A stretch of DNA of 64,000 nucleotides, from NCBI GenBank assembly GCA_964474095.1, contig CAYYRU010000004.1:14859-78858 (forward strand), in the 5' to 3' direction. Each line of letters starts with the position of its first letter. Positions within the stretch are counted from its first letter, which is position 1. The position numbers were made by a program, and so were the translations under genes. Positions 19,100-28,604 of this stretch are shown in pieces. Origin of the DNA: an uncultured Anaerolinea sp. (GTDB taxonomy: Bacteria; Chloroflexota; Anaerolineae; Anaerolineales; Anaerolineaceae). The notes under the pieces are model-generated. The model did no database searches, was not told the DNA's origin, and saw only the letters and a program-made list of their open reading frames with translations.

Positions 19100-20219
19100 A
19101 ACAAAAACCAATCCAATCCTCCCAATATTTCTGATCTTCTTACTGTTTTTGTTGGGTGCAGCCATCCTTTGGTTGATCGTGCCGGCCCTGGCTGAGAATC
19201 GTTTTGGCAGCCCGGCTGCCAATCTTACACCTGTGCAAAAATGGCAGTATGGTTTACAGGTTTTGGTACACGAGAATGATCTGACAATGCCTCTTTCAAT
19301 AATTGGGCAGGAATCCACTTTTACCATCCCCAGCGGCGCCAGTGTCACCTCGGTGGCCATGGATCTGCAATCCAAGGGGCTGATCAAGAGTTGGCAGGCT
19401 TTTCGCTATTATGTGATCTATAAGGGCATGGATACTGGCATCAAAGCGGGTGATTTTTCTCTCTCCCCAACCATGACCGCAGTTCAGATCAGTGATGCTA
19501 TTCAATCCATTTATTCGACTGAAGTCTCTTTCTATATCTACCCGGGCTGGCGCGCCGAAGAAGTAGCTGCTGCGCTACCGACCTCCGGGATCGAAGTCAG
19601 CCCCGAAGAGTTCATGGCAGTGGTGCTTGCTCCTGCTAGCTTGAATCTGCCTGCTGACTTGGAAGGCATCCCCTCCTTGGAAGGGTTTCTCTTCCCTGGA
19701 ACCTATACCATCAACCGCCAGGTGACCCCGCCAGAACTGGCCATGATCTTTGTGAGCCGCTTTACAGAATCGGTCACTCCCGAGATCCAGGCTGAAATTC
19801 AGAATCACGGATTATCCTTGTATCAAGGCATAGTGCTGGCTTCCATCGTCCAGCGTGAGACTTTTGATGACAGTGAACGCAGCTTGATGGCTTCGGTATT
19901 CTTCAACCGCCTGGCTTCCGGCATGAGACTGGAAACCGATCCGACTGTGCAATACGCTTTGGGTTACAATGCCGAATGGGGAGGTTGGTGGAAAACCCCC
20001 TTGGTCTTAAGCGACCTTGCGGTGCAGTCATCTTTTAATACATACATAATTTCGGGGTTACCCGAGCGGCCGATTTCAAATCCTGATATGCCATCCATTT
20101 TGGCTGTTGCCCGTCCGGCCGAGAGTGGATATTATTACTTTCGCGCCAAATGCGATGGATCTGGTTCTCACGTTTTCTCGCAAACCTACGAAGAGCATCT
20201 TCAAAATGCCTGCCAGTAA
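19092..20219 (+). CDS. mltG: endolytic murein transglycosylase MltG (YceG-like)
   Basis: N-terminal TM helix, LEGFLFPGTY and VQRET motifs, 375 aa. 8-nt overlap with ruvX. Confidence 0.9.
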   Translation: MPKTKTNPILPIFLIFLLFLLGAAILWLIVPALAENRFGSPAANLTPVQKWQYGLQVLVHENDLTMPLSIIGQESTFTIPSGASVTSVAMDLQSKGLIKSWQAFRYYVIYKGMDTGIKAGDFSLSPTMTAVQISDAIQSIYSTEVSFYIYPGWRAEEVAAALPTSGIEVSPEEFMAVVLAPASLNLPADLEGIPSLEGFLFPGTYTINRQVTPPELAMIFVSRFTESVTPEIQAEIQNHGLSLYQGIVLASIVQRETFDDSERSLMASVFFNRLASGMRLETDPTVQYALGYNAEWGGWWKTPLVLSDLAVQSSFNTYIISGLPERPISNPDMPSILAVARPAESGYYYFRAKCDGSGSHVFSQTYEEHLQNACQ

Positions 20220-20231
20220 GAATGAACAAAA

Positions 20232-20258
20232 AAAGGGTTTCTACGAAGAGAAACCCTT
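20232..20258. terminator. bidirectional hairpin between convergent mltG and ferredoxin genes
   Basis: AAAGGGTTTCT / ACGAAG / AGAAACCCTTT flanked by an A-run and a T-run. Confidence 0.6.
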
Positions 20259-20278
20259 TTTCTTTAATTTAGCGTGAA

Positions 20279-20686
20279 TTACTTGGCGTTATAGCCAGGG
20301 CCGGATTTATAGAAATCAACATTTGCTTTAATGGCAGGGGTGAGGTCTACTACTTCACCAGCGGCCAGGGTGCGGGTCGCTTCCAGATGGACGTCTTCGC
20401 CGTCGCGATTCTTGCCGTCATAGACTTCTGTGAATCCAGCAGTACCCGCGGGCATCGAAAGGCGTTCGCCGCCTTTGGCGGTGTAAGCGGATGGAACTTC
20501 GTCTTCGGGGAAGATGGCATTAAAAGGGCATTCTGATTCACAGGCTCCACAATCGATGCAGGTTTCAGCATCAATGTAATAACCCGGATATTTATCTTCG
20601 GGTTTTCCAGGGGTGATGCATTCCACTGGGCAGACCGTGGCACAACCACCTTCGCGCATACATAAACTGGTAATTACTCTTGCCAT
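20279..20686 (-). CDS. ferredoxin (likely 7Fe type) with ~60 aa C-terminal extension
   Basis: CMREGGCATVCP (Cx5Cx3CP) plus CIDCGACESECP (CxxCxxCxxxCP). Confidence 0.85.
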   Translation of the reverse strand: MARVITSLCMREGGCATVCPVECITPGKPEDKYPGYYIDAETCIDCGACESECPFNAIFPEDEVPSAYTAKGGERLSMPAGTAGFTEVYDGKNRDGEDVHLEATRTLAAGEVVDLTPAIKANVDFYKSGPGYNAK

Positions 20687-20716
20687 TTAGACCTCCATAA
20701 AGTAAGTTGTGGATTA

Positions 20717-21322
20717 TTATTCAGAAAACCGGTTCTCGGCTTCCTGCCAGTTGACCAGGTTCCACCAATTGGAAATGTATTCCACACGGCGGTTCTGATA
20801 TTTCAGATAGTAGGCATGTTCCCAGACATCGATCACCAGTAGAGGATCGAGGCCTTCCTGCATGGGGGCATCCTGGTTGGCGGTGGAATGGATCACAAGC
20901 TCACCATTGGGCTTTTTGCTCAACCAGCAGTAGCCACTTCCAAAGCGTCCGGCTGAGGCTTTTTCAAAATCAGCCTTAAAGTTCGCAAAGCTGCCAAAAG
21001 TTTTGGTAATGGCTTGACCCAACTTACCGCTGGGTTCTCCCCCTTGACCGGGGGCCATGCTCGTCCAATATACATTGTGATTATAGACGCCACCGCCCAT
21101 ATTTCGGACCGTCTGCCGAATCTCTTCTGGCACCTTGCCCAGATCACTGAGGATGGTTTTTAGGTTCATCTCGAAGAATTGAGGGTACTTCTCAAACGCC
21201 GCGTTCAAGTTCTTGAGGTAAGTGGCATGATGTTTGGAAAAGTGAATTTCTACTGTTTGCGCATCAATAAAGGGTTCCAGCGCATCCACCGCGTATCGAA
21301 GTGGGGGCAGTTCAAAAGCCAT
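20717..21322 (-). CDS. Fe/Mn superoxide dismutase
   Basis: HFSKHH, DVWEHAYYLKYQNRR signature. GGAGGA RBS. Confidence 0.95.
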   Translation of the reverse strand: MAFELPPLRYAVDALEPFIDAQTVEIHFSKHHATYLKNLNAAFEKYPQFFEMNLKTILSDLGKVPEEIRQTVRNMGGGVYNHNVYWTSMAPGQGGEPSGKLGQAITKTFGSFANFKADFEKASAGRFGSGYCWLSKKPNGELVIHSTANQDAPMQEGLDPLLVIDVWEHAYYLKYQNRRVEYISNWWNLVNWQEAENRFSE

Positions 21323-21461
21323 AATATCCTCCGTTAGGCCAGCAAAACCGTCAACTGATCAGAATATTTTTTTTCTTCAGGTACAATTAGATTCTAGCCA
21401 AGCCAATCCGCTTTGTCAAGTGAAGTAGAGTAACTGGATAAATTAACCCAAAATTGGAAAT

Positions 21462-22424
21462 GTGACATTGAAGAATTCAAAACTGAAAGCTTCTCCCATC
21501 GCCGGTTTATTCTTAGGCATTCTGGCGGTTTCTACTGCCTCCATTTTTATCCGCTTTGCTCAAGAAGAAACATCCTCTCTAGTGATCGCAGCCGGCAGAA
21601 TGTCTATCGCTGCACTTATTTTGGCACCATTCGCACTCAAACGTTCGATTGGGGAATTACGGCTTACCGACCGAAAAACGTTATTTTTATTAATCCTTGC
21701 CGGATTTTTCCTCGGATTGCATTTTGCCGCCTGGATCACTTCATTGGAATACACCAGTGTCGCCAGTTCCGTGGTGTTGGTGACCACGGCACCTCTGTGG
21801 GTGGCACTACTTTCACCGTTGTTTCTAAAGGAAAAGATCTCGGGTTGGATCTTTGTTGGGTTGTTGATCTCACTCGCGGGAAGTTGTATCGTGGGATTAA
21901 ACAGCGCCTGTCAATGGGCAGGGGGACGGTTTGTTTGTGAATCAATGGCATCCCTGTTTCAGGGACGCGCTTTTTGGGGTAACGTGTTAGCCCTGGCTGG
22001 GGCTCTGCTTTCTGGCGGGTACCTGATGGTGGGCAGGAGCGTGCGTGGCAAGTTCAGCTTATCGACTTATACTTTTGTGGTCTATGGCATGGCAGCATTG
22101 GTATTGTTGGGCCTGGTGGCAGTCACCGGTACCTCAATCGGCAAGCCATCCCCTGCGGCCTGGTTGTGGATCGTATTGCTGGGGGTTGTGCCGCAGATCA
22201 TCGGGCATTCCACCTTCAATTATTTTTTGAAGTACCTGTCTGCTACTTTTGTTTCCATCGCCTTGCTGGGGGAACCAGTGGGTACCGTTATCCTGGCCTA
22301 CCTTTTTTTGCGTGAGTCGCCATCCTGGATGGAGGTTGCTGGCGGTGTGTTAATTCTGGCAGGTATCGCTGTAGCTACGATTACAAATCAACGCCAAAGC
22401 CAAAAGCCTAAGTTGGAGGAATAA
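21462..22424 (+). CDS. DMT-superfamily (EamA) transporter
   Basis: About 10 predicted TM helices in two EamA-like halves. GTG start. Confidence 0.8.
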   Translation: MTLKNSKLKASPIAGLFLGILAVSTASIFIRFAQEETSSLVIAAGRMSIAALILAPFALKRSIGELRLTDRKTLFLLILAGFFLGLHFAAWITSLEYTSVASSVVLVTTAPLWVALLSPLFLKEKISGWIFVGLLISLAGSCIVGLNSACQWAGGRFVCESMASLFQGRAFWGNVLALAGALLSGGYLMVGRSVRGKFSLSTYTFVVYGMAALVLLGLVAVTGTSIGKPSPAAWLWIVLLGVVPQIIGHSTFNYFLKYLSATFVSIALLGEPVGTVILAYLFLRESPSWMEVAGGVLILAGIAVATITNQRQSQKPKLEE

Positions 22425-22442
22425 TGATGGATCGTCCAAAAG

Positions 22443-22470
22443 GCAGGGGCGTATAGCCACACGCCCCTGC
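22443..22470. terminator. hairpin between convergent DMT transporter gene and malQ
   Basis: GCAGGGGCGT / ATAGCCAC / ACGCCCCTGC, a perfect 10-bp GC-rich stem. Confidence 0.55.
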
Positions 22471-22560
22471 ACTCACTATATGATTTTTTTATCGCATATA
22501 TGAGGATTTGGGTATCTTATATAAACCGTAATAGGCAGCATCATAAATTGATCGAACGAT

Positions 22561-24048
22561 TTACCTTAAGTACAAATCGTTCATTTCGCGGATGCGTGTC
22601 GCCAATGCTTCGCTCAAATTTGATGAAGAAAAGCGCCAACCCCAGTTGCCTGAAGGGCGGCCTGGATAGTTCATGCGGGTCTCTGTTCCGAGATTCAAGA
22701 AATCCTGCAAGGGGGCGAGCGCAAACATCGCCACTGATGACCAGGCCAGACGAATGAAATCCCAGGCGATATCTTCACCTGATCGGGCAAGGTAACGACG
22801 GCAGAAATCTCGTTCCTTTTCTGGAGCGCTTTGATACCATCCCCTGGTGGTGTCATTATCATGGGTGCCAGTGTACACCACACAATTTACTGGGTAATTG
22901 TGCGGTAGGAAGGGCTCTTCGGGTTTACCACCAAAAGCGAATTGCAACACTTTCATGCCGGGCAGTTTCAAGGAGTCGCGTAACTTGATCACGTCTTTGG
23001 TGATCTCACCCAAATCCTCGGCCAGGATGGGCAGTTGGTGAAATTCCGCTTCAATAGCCTCGAAAACGGATTTTCCTGGACCGGGTTTCCATGCGCCTGT
23101 CTGGGCGGTCGGTGAACCATAAGGGATTTCCCAATAACCCGCGAAACCTCTGAAATGATCCAGACGGATGATATCCACCGATTTTAAGACTGATCGCACG
23201 CGGTTAATCCACCAACGGTAACCCTGCGCTTTATGCACATCCCAACGGTAGAGTGGGTTGCCCCAGAGCTGGCCAGTGGGAGAGAAGTAATCCGGCGGCA
23301 CGCCCGCAACACAGGTGGGCAGGCCATTTGCGTCCAGGTAGAATTGGTCAGGATGAGACCAGGCATCTGCACTGTCATAAGCCACAAAAATGGGGATGTC
23401 GCCGATAATTTGGATGCCCTTTTGGTGGGCGTAGTCTTTTACCTGCTGCCATTGACGGTTGAAGAGGAATTGACGAAATTTTTGCTTTTCAACCTGGTTG
23501 TCATGTTTTTTTATGAACTTCTCCAACGCTTCAGGAAGTCGTTTGCGCAGTCCTTCTGGCCATTGGTCCCATGAAACGCCCCCTTGAGATTCCTTGATGG
23601 CCATGAAGAGGGCGAAATCCTCCAGCCAATCACTTTCGGATTGACAGAAATTATCATATTCCTGTTTAAGAGAAGATTTCTTGAGTTTTCTGAAAGATTC
23701 ATATGCGCGATCCAGCAGTGTGACTTTCCATTGGATCGCCGGACCATAATCCACATGATCGTGGGGTAAGGTCGGTCGGTCTTCCAGATCGTTGGTTTGC
23801 AGCAAGTGATCTTCGATCAACAAAAGCGGGCTGATGAGGTAAGGGTTACCCGCAAATGCAGAAAAACATTGGTAAGGTGAATCACCGTAGCCGGTAGGTC
23901 CTAGCGGAAGGATCTGCCATAAGCTGCAACCGCTTTGATGGAGAAAATCAATCCAGTGAAAGACCTCCGGTCCCAGGTCGCCAATACCATCAGGGCCTGG
24001 CAAGCTGGAGGGGTGCAGAATGATACCTGAACTTCTTTGAAAGGGCAT
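22561..24048 (-). CDS. malQ: 4-alpha-glucanotransferase (amylomaltase, GH77)
   Basis: RSSGIILHPSSLPG N-terminus, RLDHFRGF, HDNDT motifs. ATG at 24048 has AAAGGA upstream; a longer alternative starts at 24063. Confidence 0.9.
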   Translation of the reverse strand: MPFQRSSGIILHPSSLPGPDGIGDLGPEVFHWIDFLHQSGCSLWQILPLGPTGYGDSPYQCFSAFAGNPYLISPLLLIEDHLLQTNDLEDRPTLPHDHVDYGPAIQWKVTLLDRAYESFRKLKKSSLKQEYDNFCQSESDWLEDFALFMAIKESQGGVSWDQWPEGLRKRLPEALEKFIKKHDNQVEKQKFRQFLFNRQWQQVKDYAHQKGIQIIGDIPIFVAYDSADAWSHPDQFYLDANGLPTCVAGVPPDYFSPTGQLWGNPLYRWDVHKAQGYRWWINRVRSVLKSVDIIRLDHFRGFAGYWEIPYGSPTAQTGAWKPGPGKSVFEAIEAEFHQLPILAEDLGEITKDVIKLRDSLKLPGMKVLQFAFGGKPEEPFLPHNYPVNCVVYTGTHDNDTTRGWYQSAPEKERDFCRRYLARSGEDIAWDFIRLAWSSVAMFALAPLQDFLNLGTETRMNYPGRPSGNWGWRFSSSNLSEALATRIREMNDLYLR

Positions 24049-24073
24049 GGTGGATCCTTTCATAATTGTTTGA

Positions 24074-26044
24074 TTATTTCACCATTTCAATGTAATCATC
24101 CGAGGTAGTTTCCTGTAAATCGCCGCCCAGGAAGTCAATCAGTTTGGTGACCAGGGTGGATTTCAACTCGGCATCCTGGCGGCTCCAGGTGCGGCTCTTC
24201 ACCTCGAGGAAGTGGCCAATGTGCGGTTTGGTGATCTCATCAATGTTGATGAAGAATTCAAAGCCTTCATATTTCACCAGGAAGCGAATGCGGTCTTTCT
24301 CAATTTCCTTTTCCTGCTGGGGTTTGAAGTACTCACGATAGAAGCGCGGACTCTGTGTAGCAGAAGCCATGTAGCGGCTGCGGGAGAGCAGCACCTCCTG
24401 TGGAAAACGGTCTTCGATGGTTTGACCGATCAGGGTCAGACGGGAGCGTACCTGTTCGATCTTATTGTCAGGAGACAGGAACTCATCTTCGCGATATCGT
24501 AAAATGCCCTGGTCGACATCTTTGAAGAAAAAGTAAATATCGTATTCACGATAATGGCGCTTGCGAAGGATCTCAATTTCAGGGCTTTGCAAAGCCTTGT
24601 ATATTGGGGCAGTATCCTTGATGCGTACCTTGATCTGGATCTCAAAACTCTCTTCTTCTGAGGTACCTCCAATAGCAACCAATTTGGAAAGAACCGAAGA
24701 CTCGCGTTTGATCAGGAAGGCGTCAATTTTTCGTGCATATTCCTGACTTTGCTGAAGCAGGGCTTGTTCGTCAATGTTAAGCAACTGGCGCTGACGCATT
24801 AACCATTTACCATTGACCATCACGTCAGACACGTCTGAGGCTTTCGTGGCATAGATCAGTTGGGCGTAAGTTCCCAAAGGATTGTGCTTAAATTGCGGAC
24901 TGTTATGCAGTGGGCTTAGATCCACCAGAATCAAGTCAGCGCGTTTGCCGACTTCGAGCGAACCAGTCAAGTGACCGATGTGCATGGCCTGAGCGCCCAG
25001 GCGGGTAGCCATCAGCAGAGCCTGACGGGCAGGCAATGTGGTGGGGTCACCACTGACACCTTTTTGAAGAAAAGAAGCCAGTCGTATCTCTTCGAACATA
25101 TCGAGATCGTTGTTAGAAGCGGCACCGTCAGTGCCGATACCCACGTTCAAACCCAGTTCGAGCATGCTGCGGATCGGGGCTACGCCAGAGGCCAGTTTTA
25201 GGTTTGAGGAGGGATTGTGTGCCACACCTGCGTTGTAGTGGTGCATGGTTCGGATCTCCCCTTCATCCACGTGCACACAATGAGCAGCCAGAACTTTCGC
25301 ATCAAAAATGTTAAGCTTTTTTACATAGGGCACCACTGGCATGCCCTGTTCTTTGCGCATGTTCTCAACTTCGCTGGCGGTCTCTGAGATGTGAATATGC
25401 AGAGGGACATCAAACTCAAGCGCCAAGGCGGTGGCGGCTTTCAAAATTTCAGGCGGACAAGTATAAGGCGCGTGAGGAGCGATGGCGGGGATGATCAGTT
25501 CGTGATCTTTCCAACGACTAATAAAGTCCCGCGACATGGCGAGACTCTGTTCGAAGAACTGAGCATCGGGGGTTGGGAACTTCATTACAGTTTGGGCACA
25601 CATGGCGCGCATGCCAATTTCAGCAGTCGCTTTGGCAACGTCTTCTTCGAAGTAATACATATCCGCAAAGCTGGTAACACCAGATCTGATCATCTCGGCA
25701 CAAGCCAACTGGGTACCAAGACGCACAAATTCAGGGGTGACGAATTCACGTTCCACCGGCATCATGTATCCCATCAACCACACATCCAAACGCAGGTCAT
25801 CTGCCAGACCACGCAGTAAATTCATGGGAACGTGTGTGTGAGTGTTCACCAGGCCGGGCATTAAGACCTTGCCGCCGCAATCCATAATTTGTTCCGCTGA
25901 ATATGCCGCCAGGACTTCTTTTTCATCCCCGACTGCTAAAATGGAGTTTCCACTAATTGCCACGGCTCCCGGATCATATTGATTGAACTGTTCATCCATG
26001 GTGAGTAGAATCGCATTTTTCAAGATCAGGTCAACTTTGGTCAT
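24074..26044 (-). CDS. MTA/SAH (nucleoside) deaminase-like amidohydrolase fused to a C-terminal CYTH-like domain
   Basis: The N-terminal ~430 aa carry LMPGLVNTHTH, HISET and GTDGAASNN motifs of the MtaD/cytosine deaminase-like amidohydrolases. The C-terminal ~200 aa (FEIQIKVRIKD ... ILRYRED ... LTLIGQ ... FFINIDEI..IGHFLEVKS) follow the CyaB/CYTH pattern. Confidence 0.8.
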   Translation of the reverse strand: MTKVDLILKNAILLTMDEQFNQYDPGAVAISGNSILAVGDEKEVLAAYSAEQIMDCGGKVLMPGLVNTHTHVPMNLLRGLADDLRLDVWLMGYMMPVEREFVTPEFVRLGTQLACAEMIRSGVTSFADMYYFEEDVAKATAEIGMRAMCAQTVMKFPTPDAQFFEQSLAMSRDFISRWKDHELIIPAIAPHAPYTCPPEILKAATALALEFDVPLHIHISETASEVENMRKEQGMPVVPYVKKLNIFDAKVLAAHCVHVDEGEIRTMHHYNAGVAHNPSSNLKLASGVAPIRSMLELGLNVGIGTDGAASNNDLDMFEEIRLASFLQKGVSGDPTTLPARQALLMATRLGAQAMHIGHLTGSLEVGKRADLILVDLSPLHNSPQFKHNPLGTYAQLIYATKASDVSDVMVNGKWLMRQRQLLNIDEQALLQQSQEYARKIDAFLIKRESSVLSKLVAIGGTSEEESFEIQIKVRIKDTAPIYKALQSPEIEILRKRHYREYDIYFFFKDVDQGILRYREDEFLSPDNKIEQVRSRLTLIGQTIEDRFPQEVLLSRSRYMASATQSPRFYREYFKPQQEKEIEKDRIRFLVKYEGFEFFINIDEITKPHIGHFLEVKSRTWSRQDAELKSTLVTKLIDFLGGDLQETTSDDYIEMVK

Positions 26045-27182
26045 TCGTCTCCTCTATAAGTAATGATCGATATTTTCGTAAGAAGTAACTCAAAGCGAAA
26101 TTTTTCGCCCATTCTTCACGCAGGCCGGGCGCACCCATGTATTCCCGAGTGAAAATATCATGCTGGTCAGCGTAGTCGAAACCGCATGCCAATCTGGCCA
26201 TTTCGGGGATGGGAGAGTAAACACAAGAAAATACCGCGTTTCCTGATTTACATAATTCCAGTATTCGATCCTGGACCTCTGATGGTTTCACTATCTCAAG
26301 GGGAATGCCTGTTTGAATAAAAGCTGGATTGGAGTCGTTAGTGAACCCACAACACAGTAAGTAGGTTGGTATTTTGTTATTATTCAACTTGTTCAACACG
26401 CTGCTCAGCGTATCTTCATCCGCGCCATAAATATCATCTGGCAATCTCTGCCGGATGATGTTTTCCAGTTCCGCGATCATTTGGTCCGCGGCGAGAATGG
26501 TATCAGCCTTGGCGGTTATGCGTATATCCACAACACCAGGATGGGCCAGCAACCCCACAGTGGGATTACCCATTTTTTCGAGATCACCGACAATTTCATC
26601 CACTTTTGATTCAGACACGGCGCCAATGTGCAGCACTCGAGCTTTGATCACACCGGCCAGGGGATAGTGCTCCTTTAGCCAGGGAATGACCGCCGATTGG
26701 GTGAGAAACTCCATTTCCCGCGGCACACCGGGAAGACAGACGAGTGTTTTACCATTCTGGTGCAAAATAAAGGAAGGTGCTGTACCGACAGGGTTTTCAA
26801 TGACGGTGGCGCCCACAGGAATGAAGGCTTGTTTTTTATTGTTATCAGAGATATGCATGGCGCGTTTGAGAAAACGCTGCTTGATCTGCTCCCATAACTC
26901 CGGATGAAATTCGTTATGAGTATTGAAAGCCAGTGCGGCCGCATCACGGGTGGGGTCATCCACAGTTGGACCAAGCCCGCCGGTGGTGATGACAATATCC
27001 GCTCTTGCGATAGATTCCTGCATCAACGCGGCAATACGCTGCAGGTTGTCTCCGATGGTTGTGCTGCGAAAAAGGTCAACTCCACAGTCTCTAAGTTGAC
27101 GGGCAAGGTATTGGGTGTTGGTGTCGTTAATTTCACCAAGCAATAATTCAGTACCAATGGCAATTAATTCGGCTGTCGGCAT
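26031..27182 (-). CDS. CinA-like molybdopterin-binding-domain protein, non-canonical C-terminal domain
   Basis: AELIAIGTELLLGEINDTNTQYLARQL CinA N-terminus. The C-terminal region lacks the AESCTGG motif of PncC deamidases. ATG at 27182. The 3' end overlaps the next gene by 14 nt. Confidence 0.8.
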   Translation of the reverse strand: MPTAELIAIGTELLLGEINDTNTQYLARQLRDCGVDLFRSTTIGDNLQRIAALMQESIARADIVITTGGLGPTVDDPTRDAAALAFNTHNEFHPELWEQIKQRFLKRAMHISDNNKKQAFIPVGATVIENPVGTAPSFILHQNGKTLVCLPGVPREMEFLTQSAVIPWLKEHYPLAGVIKARVLHIGAVSESKVDEIVGDLEKMGNPTVGLLAHPGVVDIRITAKADTILAADQMIAELENIIRQRLPDDIYGADEDTLSSVLNKLNNNKIPTYLLCCGFTNDSNPAFIQTGIPLEIVKPSEVQDRILELCKSGNAVFSCVYSPIPEMARLACGFDYADQHDIFTREYMGAPGLREEWAKNFALSYFLRKYRSLLIEETNDQS

Positions 27183-27297
27183 TCTAATCCTAATTACTAG
27201 TAATTCTATCAGCATTTATTAAGATTGCCACACCCTGTCAAAGGTTGAATTGGAAAACTTGGAGTAGAATTTCTTCATTGGTCTTGGAGTGAATTTG

Positions 27298-27672
27298 ATG
27301 AAAGCAGCTGTGAATCGAAGAAAGCAAATCCTGGGCGCCTGGGGGGAGGACTGTGCCGCCGGTTTTTTACAGTCCAAGGGATTCCAAGTTGTGGCGCGGA
27401 ACCATCGCACCCCCGAAGGCGAGATAGATTTGATATTGGTAAAGGACGGTCATTTGGTGTTTGTGGAAGTCAAAACCCGTATTCATAATCAAGCTGGGTA
27501 TCCTGAAGAATCTGTGACCGAAACAAAGCTGGAACATCTTATGGGTGCCGCTGAGTGTTATTTGGAACAACATTCAGAATACGCTGACGATTGGCGGGTG
27601 GATGTGATCGCCGTCACCGGGGCTTTGAATTGTTCAAATCCACAGATCGAATGGTTTGAAAATGCCGCCTGA
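27298..27672 (+). CDS. YraN-family (UPF0102) endonuclease-like protein
   Basis: GAWGEDCAAGFLQSKGFQVVARNHRTPEGEIDLI and FVEVKTR, typical of YraN. ATG at 27298 with GGAG upstream; GTG alternative at 27289. Confidence 0.8.
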   Translation: MKAAVNRRKQILGAWGEDCAAGFLQSKGFQVVARNHRTPEGEIDLILVKDGHLVFVEVKTRIHNQAGYPEESVTETKLEHLMGAAECYLEQHSEYADDWRVDVIAVTGALNCSNPQIEWFENAA

Positions 27673-28603
27673 GACCACCTCAAAACAAGTGGTCATTATC
27701 GTCGGTCCAACAGCGGTTGGAAAAACCGATCTGGCGATACGCCTGGCAGAGCGCATGGGATGCGCGGAGATCATTTCAGCAGATTCTCGCTTGCTCTATC
27801 GCGGAATGGATATTGGCACAGCCAAACCAACACATGAAGAACAGTCCAGGGTGGTTCATCATCTCATTGACCTGGCCGAACCGGATGAAATTTGGTCGTT
27901 GGCAGTCTTTCAAGCCAGGTTGATGCAGACCATCCATGAGATCCAGTCACGGAACAATCTGCCAATCATTGCTGGAGGAACCGGGCAATACATTCGCTCA
28001 CTGATCGAAGGCTGGACCATTCCAGCGGTCAAACCGCTACCACACTTGCGCGCTGTCCTTGAGCGTTGGGGGCAAGAGATCGGCGCAGACCAGTTACACG
28101 CCAAATTGGCAATGATCGATCCACTGGCGGCAGAGCGCATTGATGCCAACAACTTGAGGCGCTCGGTCCGCGCTTTGGAAGTGATTTTCACCACCGGAGA
28201 ATATTTTTCAACTCAGAAGGAAAAGTCACCACCTGACCTGGCGTTTAAACTGATCGGTTTGATGCGTCCGCGAGAAGAATTGTATGCCCGGGTGGATGCC
28301 CGCATAGAGTCCATGTTCGAACAAGGTTTTGTGACTGAAGTGAAGCAGCTACTTGAAAAAGAGTATTCCATTGATCTACCGACCCTTTCTGCCATAGGTT
28401 ATCGCGAGGTCATCCAGTTTATTCAAGGTGGTTGTTCGCTGGAAGAAGCCAAGATACAGATGAGACGTAAAACGCGTGAATTTATCAGGCGTCAGGCCAA
28501 CTGGTTCAAGCCGGATGATCCGTTGATTGAGTGGCATGCAATGACACCTGATCCAATGGATGAGATCCAAACTTCAATTCTGGGCTGGTTGGCAGAAGGT
28601 TAG
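27662..28603 (+). CDS. miaA: tRNA dimethylallyltransferase
   Basis: IVGPTAVGKT P-loop, ISADSRLLYRGMDIGTAKP. Overlaps the yraN stop. Confidence 0.9.
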   Translation: MPPETTSKQVVIIVGPTAVGKTDLAIRLAERMGCAEIISADSRLLYRGMDIGTAKPTHEEQSRVVHHLIDLAEPDEIWSLAVFQARLMQTIHEIQSRNNLPIIAGGTGQYIRSLIEGWTIPAVKPLPHLRAVLERWGQEIGADQLHAKLAMIDPLAAERIDANNLRRSVRALEVIFTTGEYFSTQKEKSPPDLAFKLIGLMRPREELYARVDARIESMFEQGFVTEVKQLLEKEYSIDLPTLSAIGYREVIQFIQGGCSLEEAKIQMRRKTREFIRRQANWFKPDDPLIEWHAMTPDPMDEIQTSILGWLAEG

Positions 28604-28604
28604 C

